This document shows, piece after piece, positions 20,416-32,520 of a DNA stretch of 64,000 bases. The position numbers were made by a program, and so were the translations under genes. Within the stretch, counting starts at the first letter, position 1; every line of letters begins with the position of its first letter. The stretch is from Candidatus Cloacimonadota bacterium (GTDB lineage Bacteria; Cloacimonadota; Cloacimonadia; G963667145). The stretch lies in assembly GCA_963676615.1 (NCBI GenBank), contig OY781092.1, forward strand, positions 288,001 through 352,000, written 5' to 3'. A model generated the notes under the pieces. It did not search any database and was not told where the DNA came from. It saw nothing but the letters and a program-made list of their open reading frames with translations.

Positions 20416-21984
20416 TTGAACAAAAGAACAGTCTTGGCAATTTTATTGATTTTTGCCGTATTTTTTTTGAGTAATAAATTTCTGAACCCGAAGCCAGAGG
20501 CGACAAAGGGGAATGAGGGCAACGCAAAAACCCAAGAAGTGGCAGTGGTCTCTGCGCTGGATGCGGCAAAAGCTCAGGCGACTGTGCCGACACAGATGAA
20601 AAGCCCAAAAAACGCCAAACTCAACGACAATATCGTCTTGCAAAACGAAAAAATCAAGCTGGTTTTTTCTAATCGCGGCGGACTTTTGGTGGCAGCGTAT
20701 CTGAAAGATTATTCCAAAGATTTGGACGGCAAAATTCCGCTGAACCTCTTGGCTGACAAAGCTCTTTCGATCTCTTTTGACCAAGAGTATTATCTGGATT
20801 ACATTTTTGCCTATAAATTGGGTGGCAACACCTTGACTTTTTTTGGTGATAATTTCCAAAAAGTTTTCACCATTGGCGAGGGTTATACAGCCGATTTTAC
20901 GCTGAATGTTGCGGGCAAAAAGTTCAACTACTACCAAGTGAGTATGGATCAGGGCATCGCGGAGACGGAGGAGTATAACGGCGACAAGGACAACAATTAT
21001 GGCGCGGCGGCGTATGTGGATAACAGTTTGGAGTCCGAGACTTTGAGCAGTTTTGACGACGAGACGGAGGTTTTGCAGGGCGATGCAACTTTTGTGGCTC
21101 TCTATAGCAAATATTTTGCTCTTGGCGTGCGCAAGCTGGGCTTTGAGAATGTTGCCAAAACAGAGTTTTTTGCTATTGAGAACAACCCGTCGGTGAGTTT
21201 TTTGGTGCAAGAGAATAAAGATAAATTTTCGCACAACTATCGCCTCTATTTCGGTCCGATTTTGAACAAAGACCTTGTTACAATGGGCGGCGGATTTGAA
21301 AAAATTTCGGACAAAACTTGGAGCTATCTGAACTGGTTGAGCAAGTTTTTTGTCAAAATTTTGAACTATATTTACAAAGTTGTGCCGAACTACGGCGTGG
21401 CGATTATTCTTTTTGCGATTTTAATTAAACTTTTGATGTATCCTCTTACGCACAAGATGTTTGAGTCCACGCAGAAGATGCAAAAAATTCAGCCGATGAT
21501 TGCCGAGGTGCAAAAAAAATACAAGAACGATAAGGTGCGCCTGAACACGGAGCTGCGCAAAGTTTATAAGGAGCAGGGCGTTAATCCGCTGGGTGGTTGC
21601 TTGCCGCTGGTGTTGCAGATTCCGATTTTTATCGCGCTGTATCCTGCCCTAAAATATTCGATTGCGCTTCGTCAACAGCCGTTTTTTGGTTGGATACAAG
21701 ATTTGGCGGCGCCAGATCCTTACTACATTTTGCCAGTGCTGATGGGCGTGTTTATGTTTGTTCAGCAAAAACTGACGATGGCAAGCGCAGGCGACAAGTC
21801 GAAAATGACCGATCAGCAAAAGGCGATGCAATCTTCGCAAAAGATGATGATGTATGGGATGCCGATTTTCTTGGTTTTCATTTTCCGCGACTTTCCGTCT
21901 GGCTTGGTGCTCTACTGGACGGTGTTTAACCTGCTGTCCACAGTGCAACAGTATTTTATCAAGAAAAAGTTTGATTTGAAGTAA
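20416..21984 (+). CDS. yidC: Membrane protein insertase YidC
   Basis: NYGVAII, NPLGGCLP, GLVLYW motifs; large periplasmic domain. Confidence 0.97.
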   Translation: MNKRTVLAILLIFAVFFLSNKFLNPKPEATKGNEGNAKTQEVAVVSALDAAKAQATVPTQMKSPKNAKLNDNIVLQNEKIKLVFSNRGGLLVAAYLKDYSKDLDGKIPLNLLADKALSISFDQEYYLDYIFAYKLGGNTLTFFGDNFQKVFTIGEGYTADFTLNVAGKKFNYYQVSMDQGIAETEEYNGDKDNNYGAAAYVDNSLESETLSSFDDETEVLQGDATFVALYSKYFALGVRKLGFENVAKTEFFAIENNPSVSFLVQENKDKFSHNYRLYFGPILNKDLVTMGGGFEKISDKTWSYLNWLSKFFVKILNYIYKVVPNYGVAIILFAILIKLLMYPLTHKMFESTQKMQKIQPMIAEVQKKYKNDKVRLNTELRKVYKEQGVNPLGGCLPLVLQIPIFIALYPALKYSIALRQQPFFGWIQDLAAPDPYYILPVLMGVFMFVQQKLTMASAGDKSKMTDQQKAMQSSQKMMMYGMPIFLVFIFRDFPSGLVLYWTVFNLLSTVQQYFIKKKFDLK

Positions 21985-21999
21985 ATTTTAGCTAAAACG

Positions 22000-22032
22000 A
22001 AAAGCTCACCTCAAAATGGGGTGAGCTTTTTT
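22000..22032 (+). terminator. Intrinsic terminator after yidC
   Basis: AAAAGCTCACCTC-AAAAT-GGGGTGAGCTTTTTT. Confidence 0.85.
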
Positions 22033-22087
22033 GGTTGACTGGCAAAAATGGATTGTAAGTATTGGCGAAATGAGCAGAGATTGGGGA

Positions 22088-22117
22088 GTTTAATTAGAAC
22101 TATTAAAGTATTTGAGG
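22088..22117 (+). repeat. Solitary type I-B CRISPR-repeat-like sequence overlapping the cas6 RBS
   Basis: GTTTAATTAGAACTATTAAAGTATTTGAGG: 30 nt with the GTTT...AACTA...GTAT layout of I-B repeats; single copy. Confidence 0.45.
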
Positions 22118-22124
22118 AGTTAAA

Positions 22125-22934
22125 ATGAGGGTAAAAGTTGTGCTTCGAGCAAGGCAAAGAGCTTTTTTGCCGTTTGATAATAAAAGGGAGTTGCAAGCTC
22201 TTATTTATAAGCTGATTGCGGCGGCTTCTGAAGAGTATGCGGAGTTTTTGCACGCTCAAGGGCTTCGGCTGGTTTCTGGTAAAAAGTTCAAGCTGTTTGT
22301 ATTTTCTGATTTCAAGATTTTCCCTTTTGTTATGGATAAAAATAGAGGTGGTTTTAAAAATATTGAAAAATTGGAGCTGGTTTTTTCTACGGCTTTACCT
22401 AAAAGTTTTGAGAGTTTTATTTTGGGGATTTTTAAAGAGCAAGAGATTTCTTTAGGATTTGCGGGTTTGGGTAAATATTTTTTCACTATAGAGTCTGTAG
22501 AGACTTTGCCTGAGATAGATTTGGGCGATGGTTTCAGTTTTAGGTGTTTGTCTCCGATAGTTACCTCTACGATGGAAGAGCGAAATGGCAAGTTGACCAC
22601 TCATTATGTAGAGTACGATACAAAAGAAGAGAAGACGAAGTTTGCCGAGAATGTTCACAAAAATTTGCTTAATAAGTTTCAGGCGTTTTATGGGCGAGAG
22701 TTTGAAAAGCAGGGGTATGAGTTCGATTTTGGGTTTGATGAAAAATATGTTTGCCAAAAAAATGGAAAGATTTATAAGTTGGTCAAGTATAAAGATATTC
22801 GGATTAAGGGCGTGCTCGCTCCGGGCTGGATAAAGGCGCCGAAAGAGCTATTGGAGCTTGGGTATTACGGCGGAATTGGTGAAGGGAATCCGATGGGGTT
22901 TGGGTGTGTGGAGATAGTGAAAGAGAGGAGTTGA
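22125..22934 (+). CDS. cas6: CRISPR endoribonuclease Cas6
   Basis: KFKLFVFS, LSPIV and C-terminal Gly-rich loop GIGEGNPMGFG. Confidence 0.93.
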   Translation: MRVKVVLRARQRAFLPFDNKRELQALIYKLIAAASEEYAEFLHAQGLRLVSGKKFKLFVFSDFKIFPFVMDKNRGGFKNIEKLELVFSTALPKSFESFILGIFKEQEISLGFAGLGKYFFTIESVETLPEIDLGDGFSFRCLSPIVTSTMEERNGKLTTHYVEYDTKEEKTKFAENVHKNLLNKFQAFYGREFEKQGYEFDFGFDEKYVCQKNGKIYKLVKYKDIRIKGVLAPGWIKAPKELLELGYYGGIGEGNPMGFGCVEIVKERS

Positions 22935-22964
22935 TTATTTTTATAAATATAAAATGGAGAGCTT

Positions 22965-24692
22965 ATGGTTTATGATATTTTGAAAGTTTTTAAAAAAGAG
23001 TATAGTGAAAAAGGTGATAAATTAATACTGGGAAATTACTCTTTAAAAGAAGGGTTGTATGTAAAAATTGGTAAAAATAAGACCGTTGAGTATTTTGTTG
23101 TGACAAGAAAAAAAAAGGAGCTTATTTTTACAGAACTAAATGGTAATTTGAATTATCGGGCTTATGAGTGGTTTAAGGAGCGTGATTATTATAGTTGTTA
23201 TTTAAATTCTAATAAATCTTTTTATGACAAAAAAATTCATAATATTAATTATTTGTCTTTTTTTGCAAAGATTGAGAGTTTTGTACCGAAGAAGGTCTTG
23301 AAAAATGAAGTTATTGCTAAAAATTATTTTTATTTGTGTAATTATAATAAATTTTCTAAGCCGAAAGAAAAAAAGATTCTTGAAGAATATAGGGAATATT
23401 TATCAAGCCGAAGTCGTAGAAAAGATGTTATAGTTAAATTTAAAATTTTAAGGGACAGTTTAAGTTCTATTGTTTCCGTAGCGATTCAAAATGGTGTGAA
23501 AAATTATATCAAAATTTTTTTCGATGAAGATGTTGAAAAATACAAAAAAGAAAGTAATATTTATTACGCATTAAAAATTTTTAATGACATTAATTTTTCT
23601 GAAACAATTGGCGATAAAACTTTTGGTTTGTCAAATTCAAATATGGGATTAAACTCGAAAAAACCTTTTTTAGAACATAAAACAAAATTTAATCCAGCTC
23701 CTTTTTTGCTTGAAAAGGGCGATGCTTTAGATTTGAAAATCTTTTTCGATTGGTTAAAAATGCAACCTTACAAAGATGAATACGGGAATCCGATAGATAG
23801 GTATTTAGATAAAAGTTTTTTTATTCAAAAACATTCATCAAATGATGAAGCGGAAATTACAGATTTTGATTATATCTCTGCAAGAAAAAATGAATTGGAA
23901 AAGCCGATTTTGATAAAAAATTATTTATGGTTGAAAGAAGGAAAAGCTACAGTTGAAGATTTTGAAATTGAAAAATTAGATCAGTTGGAAATTGTTGTTG
24001 ATGATTTTTTTTATAACAAGCAGTTAGTGCGTAATTATTATGGAGAAGTGTGGAAAAAACTAGACAATTCGTTAACTAACTTTATCTATATGACACGTGA
24101 GTCAATGATAGCTTATTTTAGAAAGTATAGTGATAAAGATTTTTATGATGTTATGAAAAAATATGGGACAAAGTTTATAATTGAACATATAAAAAAAGAT
24201 TGGATGTTTAAAGCGGGGAAGGCTCTAAATTTGAGGCTTTCTTTATTAGCGAATAAAGGAGAAATTATTATGGATATAAAATTAATGCAGAACAAAATTA
24301 TTCAAAGGCTTAAAGAGTCAAATTATGACTCTTTAACTAAAGATGAATTCTTTTATCTTTGTGGGCAGATTGCTAGATATTTGATTAGTCAAAGTGAGGC
24401 TTATGAAAAAAAAGGGAATATGTTTGACCCATTTTTGAAGGCAAAAGATGTGGAAAAATTGAAAGAGGTTATTAAGATTGTGTATCAAAAATATAACCAT
24501 AAGATTTCTTTGGAGTTGATGAAAACTGACAAAGATGGGAAGGTTCATAGAATTTATTTGAAAAAATTTGGTAATGCACTAAGTTTGGTAATGGCTTATA
24601 GTGAAGATTGTAAAGTTAAAGATAATTATGATTGTTTTCTTATAGGGGCTTTAAGTGATAATATTTTTTATATGAAGGCGGATTCTAATTAA
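22965..24692 (+). CDS. cas8b: Type I-B large subunit Cas8b (Csh1-like)
   Basis: Position after cas6; MGLNSKKPFLEHK and EFFYLCGQIARYLISQS resemble clostridial-type Cas8b. Confidence 0.8.
   Translation: MVYDILKVFKKEYSEKGDKLILGNYSLKEGLYVKIGKNKTVEYFVVTRKKKELIFTELNGNLNYRAYEWFKERDYYSCYLNSNKSFYDKKIHNINYLSFFAKIESFVPKKVLKNEVIAKNYFYLCNYNKFSKPKEKKILEEYREYLSSRSRRKDVIVKFKILRDSLSSIVSVAIQNGVKNYIKIFFDEDVEKYKKESNIYYALKIFNDINFSETIGDKTFGLSNSNMGLNSKKPFLEHKTKFNPAPFLLEKGDALDLKIFFDWLKMQPYKDEYGNPIDRYLDKSFFIQKHSSNDEAEITDFDYISARKNELEKPILIKNYLWLKEGKATVEDFEIEKLDQLEIVVDDFFYNKQLVRNYYGEVWKKLDNSLTNFIYMTRESMIAYFRKYSDKDFYDVMKKYGTKFIIEHIKKDWMFKAGKALNLRLSLLANKGEIIMDIKLMQNKIIQRLKESNYDSLTKDEFFYLCGQIARYLISQSEAYEKKGNMFDPFLKAKDVEKLKEVIKIVYQKYNHKISLELMKTDKDGKVHRIYLKKFGNALSLVMAYSEDCKVKDNYDCFLIGALSDNIFYMKADSN
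24270..24692 (+). CDS. cas11: Putative internally translated Cas11 small subunit (140 aa)
   Basis: In-frame ATG preceded by AAAGGAGAAATTATT inside cas8b. Confidence 0.65.
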   Translation: MDIKLMQNKIIQRLKESNYDSLTKDEFFYLCGQIARYLISQSEAYEKKGNMFDPFLKAKDVEKLKEVIKIVYQKYNHKISLELMKTDKDGKVHRIYLKKFGNALSLVMAYSEDCKVKDNYDCFLIGALSDNIFYMKADSN

Positions 24693-26168
24693 TGAGTTGC
24701 TATTGGAGTATACAGTTACATCCTAGAGAATTAGGATGGGCACGAGAGAAAGAATTATTAAATAAATACAATTTGATTGGTGTTGGAGATGGAATAGATA
24801 GTAAGCAACTTAACTTATTGAAAAAAATGAAAATAGGTGATATTGTTTTAGTCAGAAGAGGGAAAACTCCTATTGCTTTAGTTAAAGTAATTGGTGAAAT
24901 TGAAGATAGAGATGAAGACATTTTTGAAAATGTAGATTGGTTTCGCTATAGTAGAAAGATCAAAATATTGTCATATGCGGAAAATAGAGATGTTTTCCCT
25001 TATAATAGAGGGACTTTGCAAAAATTTGTAAATAAAGAAGTGAAGAGTTATAAGTATATTGAAGCTTGGTGTCGGGAAATAAATTCGACTTTTTTGAAAA
25101 AACAGATTGGCTTAAAATTAGGTAAAGTTTATATTGAGAATTTTAAGGTTTTAGAAGAGTTTAACATTGATTTTAAATCATCAAGCATTATTGTAATTGC
25201 AGGTGTAAATGGTAGCGGCAAAACAACTTTAATGAATTTTTTGATGGAGTTTATTAAAGATGAAGTTAATGATAGCAAAAGCTTTGTTGAATTTACTCGA
25301 TATGACGAAGAAAAAAAAGTTTCGGTAGTAGATAAGTTAGATTTTGATAGTTTCTTAGAAGTAAAAATGGAGTCTGGTAAACAATATAAAAAAAAATCTC
25401 AGATAGCAGAATATTATAAAAACCATATCAGATATTTCCCTTCTTCAACTGACTTGAAGGATATAAAATTTTTGCTTCCAAACTATATTCAAAAACTTAT
25501 TTATAACGACAATTTGAAAGCGACAGAAGTTTACAAAATAATAAGAGAAAAATCTACGAAAATTTTTAGTGATTTAAAGTTATTTATTGAATTTAGTAGA
25601 AGAGATGAAGATGGAAATCTTTTTTTTAAAAACTCAGAAGGAGACGAGTTTTTGATTGATGAAATTTCAACAGGAGAAAAAACACTGCTTTCCAAAGTTC
25701 TGTATCTTTATTTAAAAGACATTAAAGATAGTGTAGTCCTAATTGATGAGCCTGAACTTTCGCTTCATCCAGCGTGGCAGAATAAAATTCTAAAACTTTA
25801 TGAAACATTCGCAGAAACTAATAATTGTCAGGTAATTATAGCAACACATTCACCACATATAATTGGAAGTGCAAAGAATGAAAATATTCGTTTGCTAACA
25901 GGTGGAAATGGGAAAATAGAGGCATTAAAATATGATTCTCCAACATATGGTCTTGAGTTTTCGAAAATTCTTACAAATGTAATGGGGGTAGAACATTTAA
26001 GAACACCTAAAGTAAGTGAGAGATTAGAAAAATTGAAGCAGAATATTGCTGATAATAAATTTGATACAGAAGAGTTTGATAAAGACTGGAATGATTTGGA
26101 AAATATTTTAGGGTGCGACTATTTTGATTTGAAACTTCTTAAATTAGAAATTGCTGCAAGGAAAAAGA

Positions 26169-26191
<23 letters not shown>
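24692..26191 (+). CDS. PtuA-like ABC ATPase with N-terminal PUA/EVE-like domain
   Basis: Walker A GVNGSGKT, signature ISTGEK, Walker B LIDEPELSLHP, ATHSP; N-terminal MKIGDIVLVRRG segment. Confidence 0.8.
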
Positions 26192-28529
<2,338 letters not shown>

Positions 28530-28538
28530 AAGCTTTTT

Positions 28539-30737
28539 ATGTTTGTTGATTTTGAACGTTTAAACATATCGCCAAATATTTTTGCACACAGGAAGGGTGA
28601 TAAAAAAAAAGAAACTTTGCAAGAGCATTCTATTTTAACTAAAAAATATCTTCAAAAATTGATTGCTGAAAAGCGATTAGAAGAGGTCATTTGTTGTTTG
28701 TTAGATTGCATTCCAACCTCAAAAAAATCGTTAGTAAAAAGAATGTTCTACAATGCTGTGTTTCTTCATGATTTGGGGAAAAATAACCCATCTTTTCAAC
28801 GAAATAAAATGGATAATTTAGATTTTGAAGAAACAACAGCATCCTCCAATCATTCTTATCTCTCTGCAAATGAGTTTATTAAAATTTTTAAAAATGAAGT
28901 AGATCAAATTGAAGACGATGTCGAATTTTATCGTTTACTTTTTGTTCTTTATAATTTTGCCTATCAAATTTCTAAGCATCACGGAAGATTAGGTTCGTTT
29001 GAGGATTTTGTGCAAAAAACAAAAAACGAAGATTTAAAAGAATTTGAGCAAAATTTAAAATATTTTGAAGTCCCTGGGTTTGAATTTTACATTCTAAACA
29101 AATTGCTCTTCTCACTGTTAGTAAGTTCTGATTATTATGCGACAACTGAATATATGACTGATATTAAATCAGAAGATTTTGGTTTGTTTAATACGGATTT
29201 GAAAGCAAAGTTAAGTAGTAAGATTGAAATGTTTAAAAATGCTTTTCCTGAACCAGAAGGAATAAATACTCTTCGTTCAAAGATGTTAAAAGAAACCGAA
29301 GAAGTTTTGAACAAAAATTATGATAAGAATATTTATTATTTAGAAGCTCCAACTGGAAGTGGGAAAACAATAACTTCAATAAATCTTGCCTTAAATTTAT
29401 TGATAAATGACGAAAAGTTAAATAAGCTTTTCTATATTTTCCCTTTTAACACGCTTGTAGAGCAAACGAAAAATGTATTTCAAGATATTTTTAAAAAAGA
29501 AATTGATATTGAAGTTATAAATTCAATTACACCAATCAATGTTAAAGATGAAAAACAGGAAGATGATGAAACAAAATATCAAAAGTCGTATCTGAACAGA
29601 CTGTTTTTTCATAATCCAATAATTATGACTACCCATATTGCTTTGTTCAAAATTCTTTTCGGAACTTCAAAAGAAGATAACTATCCCTTGTGGCAACTCG
29701 CAAACTCGGTAATAATCATTGATGAAGTTCAATCGTATGATAATAATCTTTGGTGGTTTATGGTTGAGTTTTTTCAAAAGTATGCCAAATGTTTGAATAT
29801 GAAAATTATTATAATGTCTGCTACACTGCCAAAGCTTGATGTTCTTTTGGATAAGCCAATTGGGTTCGTAGATTTAATTGAGGATAGAACTGTTTATTTT
29901 GAGGATAGTTATTTTAAAGATAGAGTTGAGATCGATTTTTCTCTTTTGGAGAATGAAACATTTCAGGACGAACCTAAAAGTCTGCGAGAGAAAAGGATAG
30001 AAAAACTTTTAGATAAGTTTGCAAGCGAAAAAGATAATTTTCAGAAGTTTCTTTTTGAGTTTATAAGAAAAGAAACTGCTCGAGAAATTTTTGACCTCTT
30101 AAAAGAAAAATATGGAGATGAGTTTAAAATTTTCGAACTTACTGGGGATGACAATAAAGCTTATCGAGATTTTGTTATTTTAGAAACGAAGCAAGATCAG
30201 AATATAATTGTGGTGGCAACTCAAGTTATCGAAGCTGGAGTTGACATCGATATGGATTGTGGTTTTAAAGATATTTCAACTATTGATAGTGAAGAGCAAT
30301 TTCTTGGAAGAATCAATCGTAGCTGCACTAAAAAGAGGTCAAAAGCATTTTTCTTTTATCTTGATAATGAACAGGTTATTTATAAAAAAGATAATCGTTT
30401 GGAGTTTAATCTAAGAAAAAAAGAGTATCAAAAATGGCTGAAAAGTAAAAATTTTCAAGATTTTTACTCAAATGTTCTTGAACGAATAGGCGCAAATGGT
30501 CGAAGGATTAGTTTGGGGTTAACAAGCGAAATAGAAGCTTTTAAGAAAGATGTTTCAGTGTTAGATTATAAAACAGTTTTCAATAAAATGACTTTGATTA
30601 AATCTCAGAGTTTTACGATATTTTTTCCTTTTAAAATTGATCTTCAACAATACAATATTGAAGATTTCCAGAAGTTAGATAAAATGTTATTGGATGGAGA
30701 AAAATTAGATGGAGATATAAACTACCAGGGGCTTTGA
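28539..30737 (+). pseudogene. cas3: Cas3 nuclease-helicase, C-terminally interrupted by the prophage
   Basis: HD motif HDLGK; APTGSGKT, DEVQ, MSAT, QFLGRINR intact; last codons INYQGL-stop come from the inferred phage left end at 30716. Confidence 0.8.
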
Positions 30738-30934
30738 CATTTGGTAGGAGGGTTATTGTGTGAAGCTAACTGTTTGATAAATAAAGAAGATAGATGGAGA
30801 AAGACAAGCTTTTACGGTTTGTCATTTTTTTTATAAATTAGGGGAATTATTGTCAGGGGTTTGTCATTTTTGGATAGAGAGAGAAAAAACGACAAAGTAG
30901 TGAAAATTTAGCAGTAAACGACAAAGTGCTGGAA
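30716..30934. repeat. Left end: putative transposase-binding sites
   Basis: Reverse copies at 30731 (GCTTTGACATTT), 30816 and 30858 (GGTTTGTCATTTT); forward copies at 30887 and 30916 (AAACGACAAAGT). Confidence 0.8.
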
Positions 30935-30955
30935 TTTTAAGATTTTTGTTTTTTT

Positions 30956-30983
30956 TGACACGAGCGGACACGGTGGCTTGACC
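30956..30983 (+). promoter_or_regulatory. Putative late promoter/activator site 1
   Basis: TGACACGAGCGGACACG-N3-GCTTGAC; the 17-mer recurs exactly at 48733. Confidence 0.65.
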
Positions 30984-31034
30984 TGTTTTACCTCTAGTTT
31001 AGTCTTTTTGCGAGACTAGGCTGGAGGTTTTTTT

Positions 31035-31382
31035 GTGGGAGAAAATGGAAGAGAGAGAGTAGAGCGGTGCGTTGCGGAGCTGGTGGAGACGATTTGCGAT
31101 GAGGTGAGAGTGCCGAAGTCGTTGCCTGCGGCGGTGATTACGCTGGTGAAGCAAAAAAATGAGCAGAAGACGGCGCGGCGATATAAGGTGAGCAGGTTTA
31201 CTTATGCGGTGAGGTTTGTTTTGGCGAAGAGTGCGAGCGAGCGGGATTTGTGCGATATTGTGGAGAGGGCAAGAGAGCGGTTTGTGGCTGAATTTGGCGA
31301 GGATATTGAAGAGATTGAATTTTATTGGAGCTTGGCGGATACGAGGGATGTGCGCGTGGCGAAGTTTGAGGTGAGTGTATGA
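31035..31382 (+). CDS. Phage protein, possibly tail terminator/completion
   Basis: GGAGG RBS; LPAAVITL and alternating beta pattern; function is a guess. Confidence 0.4.
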   Translation: MGENGRERVERCVAELVETICDEVRVPKSLPAAVITLVKQKNEQKTARRYKVSRFTYAVRFVLAKSASERDLCDIVERARERFVAEFGEDIEEIEFYWSLADTRDVRVAKFEVSV

Positions 31383-32509
31383 TTGTGAAGAATTTGGGCG
31401 GTTGCAATGTGGGCGTTGTGAGTCACGATCGGATTTTGAAGAGTTACAAAACGAATGCGAAAAACGACGGGAATACGCTGTCTGCGCCGTTTTCGATGGC
31501 GAAGCTTTTGGCTTTGTTGGAGACGAACGAGTATCACGCTGGTTGCGTTGAGGCGATTTCGACGGCGGCGTTTATGAAGTTTGAGTGTAAAAATGACAAA
31601 GTGATGAAATGGTTTGAGGGTGCGACTTTTCAACAGAGCGAGGACGAGTTTAGCGTGTTTTGCGAGTTTGTGAAACACTACATTGCAACGGGTAACGGGA
31701 TGATCGTTAAAATTCGCAATAGAGCGGGTGATTGGGTTGGACTGGAGCGGCTTTTGCCGAGCGAGACGAGTATAATTAGCAAGGCGGATGCGAACGGACT
31801 TTTGACGCCTACTTATCGGCAAAGCAGGACGACGGGCGTTGAGGATTTTAGTAATGATGATGTGATGCATATGAAGCGGTCGACGCATCGGAGCGATGTT
31901 TGGGGTTTGGCTTGTTTGCCTGTGGTGGTAAATATAGAAACGCTGAAAGAGATTGAGGTGTTTGATTACAATAACTTCAAAAATGGGCTTTTGCTTGATT
32001 ATATGCTGCTGGTGGAGGGCGGAACGCTGAACGAAGAGCAGGTTGTGGACGCTGATGGCAATATTGTGGCTGAAAATGGGTTTGACTTACTGCAACAGCA
32101 GCTCTCGCAGGTGAAGGGTAACAAAAAATCGCACAGCGTGGTGGTGGTGGAGACGAGCAATCCGAATGTGCAGTTGAAGCTTGTGCCGCTTCGGCAGAAC
32201 TACGAGGGCGGTTTTTTGGCGTTGAAGAAAGATTTGCGCGACGGGATTTTTGCGTATCATAGAGTGCCGCCGCGGGTGGTGAGTCAGCTGGTGAGCGGGC
32301 AACTTGGTGGAGATAACAACAGCGATATGACTTTATTTTACAGTTTTGTGATCAAACCGTTGCAGGCGAAAGTGGCGACGATGCTGGCACGGCAGTTCAA
32401 CAAGGAGTTCAATTGGGGTGTAAAGGCGAGCGATTTCGATTTTGGGAATATCAAGGAGATTTTTGAGGATGAGGTCGATAAAAATTGGAATAATTTGAGT
32501 AATAGGTAA
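31379..32509 (+). CDS. Phage portal protein, PBSX-like
   Basis: ATGNG, DVMHMK...VWGL, FKNG, IFAYHRVPP, FVIKPLQ motifs. Confidence 0.85.
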   Translation: MIVKNLGGCNVGVVSHDRILKSYKTNAKNDGNTLSAPFSMAKLLALLETNEYHAGCVEAISTAAFMKFECKNDKVMKWFEGATFQQSEDEFSVFCEFVKHYIATGNGMIVKIRNRAGDWVGLERLLPSETSIISKADANGLLTPTYRQSRTTGVEDFSNDDVMHMKRSTHRSDVWGLACLPVVVNIETLKEIEVFDYNNFKNGLLLDYMLLVEGGTLNEEQVVDADGNIVAENGFDLLQQQLSQVKGNKKSHSVVVVETSNPNVQLKLVPLRQNYEGGFLALKKDLRDGIFAYHRVPPRVVSQLVSGQLGGDNNSDMTLFYSFVIKPLQAKVATMLARQFNKEFNWGVKASDFDFGNIKEIFEDEVDKNWNNLSNR

Positions 32510-32520
32510 GGAGGACAGAG

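Noticed and set aside
30710..30715. TGGAG/TGGAA as a target-site duplication
   Set aside because: Imperfect, needs ends shifted by one base, and joining the flanks does not rebuild a long Cas3 C-terminus.
30750..30780. TGT-starting alternatives for the left end (30757, 30771)
   Set aside because: They would exclude the site at 30731 and have no symmetric ACA at the right end.
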